DNA of 64,000 nucleotides from Harriotta raleighana (Eukaryota): positions 1,885,353 to 1,949,352 of the forward strand of contig JBNZDD010013648.1 of the NCBI GenBank assembly GCA_050575255.1, in the 5' to 3' direction. Both the position numbers and the translations under genes were made by a program. The notes beneath the pieces are model-generated. The model was not told the origin of the DNA and did not search any database. It was given only the letters and a program-made list of their open reading frames with translations. Below, piece after piece: positions 1 to 64,000 of this stretch; within the stretch, counting starts at the first letter, position 1; each line of letters opens with the position of its first letter.

Positions 1-665
1 TAAAATGATTAAAATTCATATTGTCCAATATTAGCAATATTTTTTCTTATGTAGCAAAGTAACATGTGTTCACAAGCTCCCGGATGAATTATTAATTTTT
101 CCAAAATCAGATGGCAATGTATCTGTTTGGGAACACAATTGTAAATTATGTGAATTGGTGCAAGCTAAAAGCTTCAATATCAGGAAGAATTTGAGAAGGG
201 GCAAAAATAGGTTGAATAGGAGAAATATAACGACGGACAAATGCAGTGTAGTTTTGCTATTAATCTTTATAGATCTGATGTATATGCACTGTAACTTTAT
301 AAAGTTATATTATGCAATTTCTTTAAATCTTTCACTAAAATAGGAAAATAGATAAAGCTATATCATCATAAAATTACTGTATAATCAATCAATTAATATG
401 TTAAAAGTAAAATACTTTAGTACCCAATTTAAGCATTTTTTTGAAGTTTCTAAATATAATTTATTGTCTACAAACTTTCTGTGTATTGTATAATTATTTT
501 CATTTGTAAATAACAGTATGGAAGCTACGCAAAAGATTCACCTATGCTAAATACCTGTACATTCATGACATGTTTTTAATAAGAGATTAAAAAGAAAAAG
601 TCTGAGGAAACCAATGTAGCAACATGCAACAAGCAGAGGTATTAGTTGGAGGCAGCCAGACTTAC

Positions 666-57944
<57,279 letters not shown>

Positions 57945-58399
57945 TGCACGGTAAATAACCAAAAGCCCGTGGAGTGAAAGCTCCCGAAACCTGTGGCGGA
58001 GCCGATTAAAACGCTTCTCCTCCTCCTCCTCCAAACCGCAGACGCTCTTGTTGCGGGAGGGGGTGTGTGTGAGGCCGGAGCAGCTGCTCAACACTTGAAG
58101 GTAGATCTGCTGCTGGACATCCCAGTCACCGCAACCGTCCCCGACATGAGCTGCCCTGGTCGGTCTGCCTGGTGTGTCTGTGTCGGTGGGTGGGGAAGGG
58201 ATCAGTATCCTCCTCTCCCTCTCTCTCCGGTGACTGTTTCTCAGCTCTGATCCGCAATGCGCTGGTCGGGCCGCCGGGGGGCCTCGCTGGGGTCCCAGCT
58301 CCCTTATTGGCCGCTTCGGGAATCTCCCTCTCACACCGGCCGCCCTGTCCTCACTCACTGTCAGGTGTTGGGGAGGGGGGAGGGGGAGCCGCCATGGCC

Positions 58400-60050
58400 T
58401 TACACACAAGCACTCACACACAGTCTCACAAACACACACACAGTCACACAAACACTCACGCAGCCACACAAACACTCACACACACAGTCACACACACACA
58501 GTCACACAAACACTCACAGTCTCTCACAGTCACACACTCACACACATAAGTCACACAAACACACACACACAGTCACACAAACACACAGTCACACAAACAT
58601 TCACAGTCTCAGTTACACAAACACTCACACACAGTCACACAAACACTCACAGTCACNTCACACAAACACTCACACACACAGTCACACAAACACTCACAGT
58701 CTCTCACACTCACACACTCACACACATAAGTCACACAAACACACACACATAGTCACACAAACACACAGTCACACAAACACAGTCACACAAACATTCACAC
58801 AGTCTCAGTTACACAAACACTCACACACAGTCACACAAACACTCACAGTCACACAAACACTCATCCAGTCTCAGTCACACAAACACTCACACATATAGTT
58901 ACAAACACACAAACAGTCACACAAACACTCACAGTCACACAAACACACACACACTCATGCAGTCTCAGTCACACAAACACTCACACACAGTCACACAAAC
59001 ACTCGCACACAGTCACTCACAGTCACACAAACTCACTCACACAGTCACTTACACACCTAGTCACACAAACACTCACACAGTCTCTCACAATCACACAAAC
59101 ACAGTCACACACTGTCACACAAACTCAGTCACNTCATCCAGTCTCAGTCACACAAACACTCACACACAGTCACACACATAGTCACACAAACACTCGCACA
59201 CAGTCACTCACAGTCACACAAACTCACATAGTCACTCACACAGTCACTTACACACCTAGTCACACAAACACTCACACAGTCTCTCACAATCACACAAACA
59301 CAGTCACACACTGTCACACNACACACTCATGCAGTCTCAGTCACACAAACACTCACACACAGTCACACAAACACTCGCACACAGTCACTCACAGTCACAC
59401 AAACTCACTCACACAGTCACTTACACACCTAGTCACACAAACACTCACAGTCTCACAATCACACAAACACAGTCACACACTGTCACACAAACTCAGTCAC
59501 TCTCACACACTCAGTCACACAAACTCACACACAGTCACTCTCACACACTCAGTCACTCACACACAGTCACGTTTACATACACTCGGTCACACAAACTGAC
59601 ATACACAGTCACTCACACACACTCACAGTCACTCATACACAGTCACTCTCACACACTCAGTCATTCTCACACACAGTCACAAACTCACACACAGTCACTC
59701 CTACATACACTCGGTCACACAAACTCACACAGTCACACACAGTCACACACTCACTCTCATACAGTCACACACTCACACAATCACTCTCTCACACAAACAC
59801 TCAGTCACACAAACACTCACACACGGGTCACTCTCTCACACATGCACACACCCAGCACTATCTAAGCAGAGATAGAANAAACTCACACACAGTCACTCCT
59901 ACATACACTCGGTCACACAAACTCACACAGTCACACACAGTCACACACTCACTCTCATACAGTCACACACTCACACAATCACTCTCACACAAACACTCAG
60001 TCACACAAACACTCACACACGGGTCACTCTCTCACACATGCACACACCCA
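58400..60050. repeat. Complex CA-rich tandem repeat (units like cagtcacacaaacact)
   Basis: Directly visible; single Ns at 58657, 59133, 59320 and 59878. Confidence 0.95.
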
Positions 60051-60137
60051 GCACTATCTAAGCAGAGATAGAAATAAATAAAATATAAAAGAAGCCGCAC
60101 AAAGACATTAGGGGAAAACCGACATAAAATCTAACCA

Positions 60138-60290
60138 GGTGTGAGTGAGTGAGTGTGAGTGAATATGTGTGTGAGTGAATAAGTGAGTGCGAGTGAATGA
60201 GTGTGTGATAGTGTTTGTGAGAATGAGTGTGAGTGAGACTGTGTAAGAGTGAGTGTATGTGAGTGTTAAGAGAGTGTGTGAGTGAATGAA
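60138..60290. repeat. GTGA/TG-rich simple repeat
   Basis: Directly visible gtgagtgagt runs. Confidence 0.9.
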
Positions 60291-60339
60291 TGAGGGGAGA
60301 TTAAAAACAACAGCAACAACAACTCCGACAACTGTCAAC

Positions 60340-60600
60340 CGTTCGATTCCGAGCGCGTGGGGGTTGGAAGGGGTGGGGCTGGGCTCAGCTGGATGTCTGT
60401 CTGTCTCCCTGATTGACGGGCGCACTGCCCAATCAAAGCAGCAGTCATGTCTCAGCCCCTCCCTCCTCACCCCTCAGCCAGGTGGCAGGTGCTCCTCTCG
60501 CGGGGGCTTCTGGGATTTGAAGTCCTTTCCCATTCCCCCTCCCTCTGCATTCAATAATGCTGTGACACTACAATTCCCAGGAGTCTCTGCGCACTTCATT
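60340..60600. promoter_or_regulatory. Candidate promoter with CCAAT box and ZNF143/THAP11-type motif
   Basis: CpG cluster, CCAAT at 60429-60433, ACTACAATTCCCAG at 60567-60580. Confidence 0.55.
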
Positions 60601-61139
60601 ACCACTGGTGGTGATGATAATAATTGTTAATATTATAGTAATAATCCTTGCATTTTGCTAGAGTGCTTTTTCCCACGTCATCCGGACGTGCTCAAATATA
60701 TCAGCCACGCTTTTGGGCTGTGACCTCTTTGGAAACACATTCGTTCGTGCATGCAGCGATCGATGTGAAATGCTGTGTGTGCTTCCAGTTGACCTCTGAT
60801 TCTGCTATCTCTGCAGTTTTATCATCTGCGCAAAACCTGCTCAGTGCAGGTGAGCTATTAGGCTCGATTAGGTTCAGCTCGATCCTTTTAAACGTAAGTC
60901 AGTTTTAAACAGCTCCTTGGGACGTCCTCCTGACATGAAAGGCGTTATACAAATATAATTTTGTTGTTGTTGTTGTCAGTGTTAAATATGTTCACTCAAA
61001 CATTTACATTCAACAACAACAACAAAATTACACTTGTAAAGCGCCTTTCATGTCAGAAGGACGTCCCAAGGCGCTGGACATACATTCCACCCCAAATGTG
61101 GAAAAAATGCTGTTTTTTTCCACGTTTATTTTAATATAT

Positions 61140-61385
61140 AATAATAATCATTGCATTTGATATAGTGCTGTTCATATCTTATCGACATCTCAAAGCGCTT
61201 CACATAATATACTGTAAAGGGAATTGACTGTATATTTATGGGTGAAACACAGCAGCCAATTGCGCACAGCAGCGTTCCCACAAACAGTCGTGGATTGAAA
61301 ATGACCAATTTTTATTATTGTGTGATTTTTTGGAGGGATTATTATTAGGCGTGTGGAGTAAGGAAACTTGCCCAAGCTTTCGCAC
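61140..61385 (-). mobile_element. Deu-like SINE, head truncated
   Basis: Reverse-complement family tail and core. Confidence 0.78.
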
Positions 61386-61999
61386 CTGACCTAACTGGAA
61401 GTGAGATTGGGGTGGAGGTAGGAAAGGAAAACGGTTCAGAGTGTGGCCAATAGGACAGGTCTTATGGCTGGTTTCGAAGGTGAGGTGGAAGTGCTCAAGT
61501 TCCAGAGAAACTTGACAGAATGCTGAAAGCTCAGATGTAGGGCATAATGAGCGTCATTTCCTATTTCGCAACCGTTCTTTCTTAAATTCTATTTACTATA
61601 TAGCTAAGTCAGTTCTCAATCCAACGAGTTTCTCATTAAGCTTTAACCTTTAAAAGTCAAACATGATTTCTGCATGAAATGTTAGCTGACCTGAGGAGGG
61701 GCAGGGGTGGGTGATGAAGTTGGCTTCTGACTTTGAGATAGGGAGATTCCTTGTGCACAATTAATTACTATCATTGTGAATGTCAGATGAGCAGATTCAA
61801 TTGTGATGGCAATTAACCTCACTCACTGTCAATCCTGGCAAATGAAAAAATGTTGCATGCACCTATGGAAATATAATCCAGCAAATGTCAGTGTCATAAG
61901 AAAAATCCTGAAGGAGGCAAAATAAAGATAAGACTCAAATTCAAAATGTTATCAAATAAATCTTCTGAAAATTCAAGTAAATTATATGCATTGGCGATC

Positions 62000-62250
62000 C
62001 TTCAGTCCACTCCTCTGCAACCCCCTCCCTGTCTGATCTTGTCTCTCCTCACAATACCCTTCGCTCCACTGGGTCTGGCCTCCTCCGGGTCCCCCAAATC
62101 CTCCACTCCACCATTGGTGGCCATGCCATCAGCCACTATGCTCCGAGGGTCTGGAACTCCCTTCCTCATTCTGTTCGCTTGCCGCCTCTCTTCTTACTTT
62201 CAGACGTCGGCTTAAGACTCTTCTTTTCGACTGCGCTTTTGGTCACCTTC
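62000..62250 (+). mobile_element. L2-type LINE 3' fragment
   Basis: Homologous to reverse complement of 6001-6492 (ctggaactcccttcctca, gcttttggtcacctt). Confidence 0.75.
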
Positions 62251-64000
62251 TTCCCCTTGGCTTTTTCAAACAATATTTCTAATGGAAGGCAATATAGAAT
62301 TTGTTAATAAACTATCCTCTGGTTCTTTGTGTACAGTCCCTGGGAGTCTGAGTGCATGTTCTTAAATTGGAAGTTTAAAAAAATCCTGAAAAGCGAAAAA
62401 TATGTTGCAGTGACCAACAATCTTCAAGGTTTGTGTGATTTATTGGCACATAGCTGCCACATTCACTTATAAAAAGTTACTGCATTTGACAGTATTACTG
62501 TAAAAAAATGTTTAGAGAGTTTTAATGTTGTAAGTAAGGCACTTTTTAAAAAAAAAAAATATCTGGAACTAAAAGTTAGCAAACAAAAACCCTCTGCCAT
62601 CACCATCCTGCATGGCACTACTCCATCTTTGTAAAACACATTCATACATTTTCCTAAGTGAAAGGCATTATATTACAGTAATCAAAACACAAAATAAAAG
62701 TAAGTTGTTGTTGGTGTTGTAGCAGAAAAGAAACAAACTGTTAGGTGCCCAAAATAGTTAGCACAAAGATCACAATTCTTTTTCAGTAAAAACATGAAAA
62801 TAAAAGCTAATACTGTTTCAGCCATTTAATGCATGGAATATAATAAATATATTGCTTTGTCCAAAATAACAGTACATTACAATATGATTGTACATACAGA
62901 TTAAATAAAAACATACCATTTCGATGTAAAACTTGAAGTTTCACATTTATTTGAGGTACAATTCGGGTTCATGTTCAGTCAGAAATTAATCATTCATTGC
63001 ATTATTTGGAGAACATCAGATATTTCCCCTCAAGGCATCAGTCTACAACATTAAGCTATAGTTGGATTCAATTAATTTCAAACAGAAGTCAAAACAGGAC
63101 TTAAACATGATATTTTAGGTGTACCAAAATACAGCATTGTTTATTTGGATATCTGTGTTGATTTTTTTTTAAAAAGTCCCTCTGCTGCACTTCAGTAGTT
63201 TTGTGGGTATGCTGTTCTTGCCAGCTATTTATACGGGTGGTAAGGACTGCAGTTGACAGGAGTAGAACACATATCAAGGCAATGCTTGAGATCCTCCAAC
63301 TGACCTATAGTTAACTACAGTACATGCGTTTGTCACATCTCATATGACAACATTCATCAAACCCACCAACAGTTTCATACCTTTATAGTGCTTCTTCCCC
63401 ATCAATTGGCAGAAATACCAGGTTTTTTGGACACAATGCCCTATAAAACATGCAGTTTTTAATCATATTTTCTCAGTCACAATATAAAAATGCATTTTTT
63501 GGAAAAATTAGAATCCTCTTCAAACACAGTACTGCAATAAGAATAGTCCTACTTATTTCACACACACATGCTTTGGCTGTCACATTTTGGTCCACCCCTC
63601 TGATTTTTTTTCATACTGGAATTGCTGCACTGTAATGTAAGATTACATGTTTCATGCACAAAATACCTCTCAGAATACTATGTAGGACCTTATCGTACTC
63701 TAGTGGGATTGATTAAATAGCATGTCACTAGTTGAAAATCAACTTTTACAGTATTCATGCACATGCTGTCGAACACAAACTAAAGATGCAGTTTCTGAGA
63801 AAGACAACATGCCGAGAATGCAAACTTTCCAATATCACAATTTTTTTTAAGAAAGCAACATTTATCATTGGAAGAATACAAGCTATCATTTTTTGTAAGG
63901 TAAAACACTATAGATTGATAGTCCTTTAAATTTTTAATATACTGTACTGTAGTTTAATAAAATAAAACTCCCGACAATACGTTTTCATTAAATCTAAAAT

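Noticed and set aside
59681-60073. Near-exact tandem duplication of about 195 nt, and similar ones at 58657, 59133 and 59320
   Set aside because: Each junction is a single N, typical of unmerged contig overlaps; likely assembly artefact, so the satellite length is unreliable.
58172-60470. Long His/Thr/Ser-rich ORFs such as 58257..58898 and 59329..59865
   Set aside because: Translations of the CA-rich satellite; no coding evidence.
61400-64000. Neighbouring gene upstream of KIF21A
   Set aside because: No exon-like or recognisable protein sequence seen; AT-rich DNA with repeat fragments.

Overview
Vertebrate genomic DNA, most likely a cartilaginous fish (inferred from the L2/CR1/Deu-type SINE repeat content). 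The window is almost entirely the 5' part of one minus-strand gene, the kinesin-4 motor KIF21A. I reconstructed 26 coding exons by hand from the ATG at 57944 to a donor at 665/664: 3617 nt, 1205 codons plus 2 nt, with consistent splice phases. They cover the motor domain, coiled-coil stalk, autoinhibitory coiled coil and KANK-binding motif. The WD40 tail must lie beyond position 1. Introns hold fragments of L2 and CR1 LINEs, tRNA-headed SINEs, Tc1/mariner-type MITEs and simple repeats. No prokaryotic features and no convincing wholly new biological system were found. The best leads are: a GC-AG intron required for frame; a 21-nt microexon with neural splicing motifs, flanked by a direct repeat; a candidate unannotated 33-nt GC-donor exon; a decayed partial duplicate of exon 5 that keeps its donor; an inverted pair of hammerhead-like repeat relics around two exons; two unexplained hairpins; nested transposons; and a promoter apparently split by a CA-rich satellite. 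All family names and human comparisons are from recall, not database searches.
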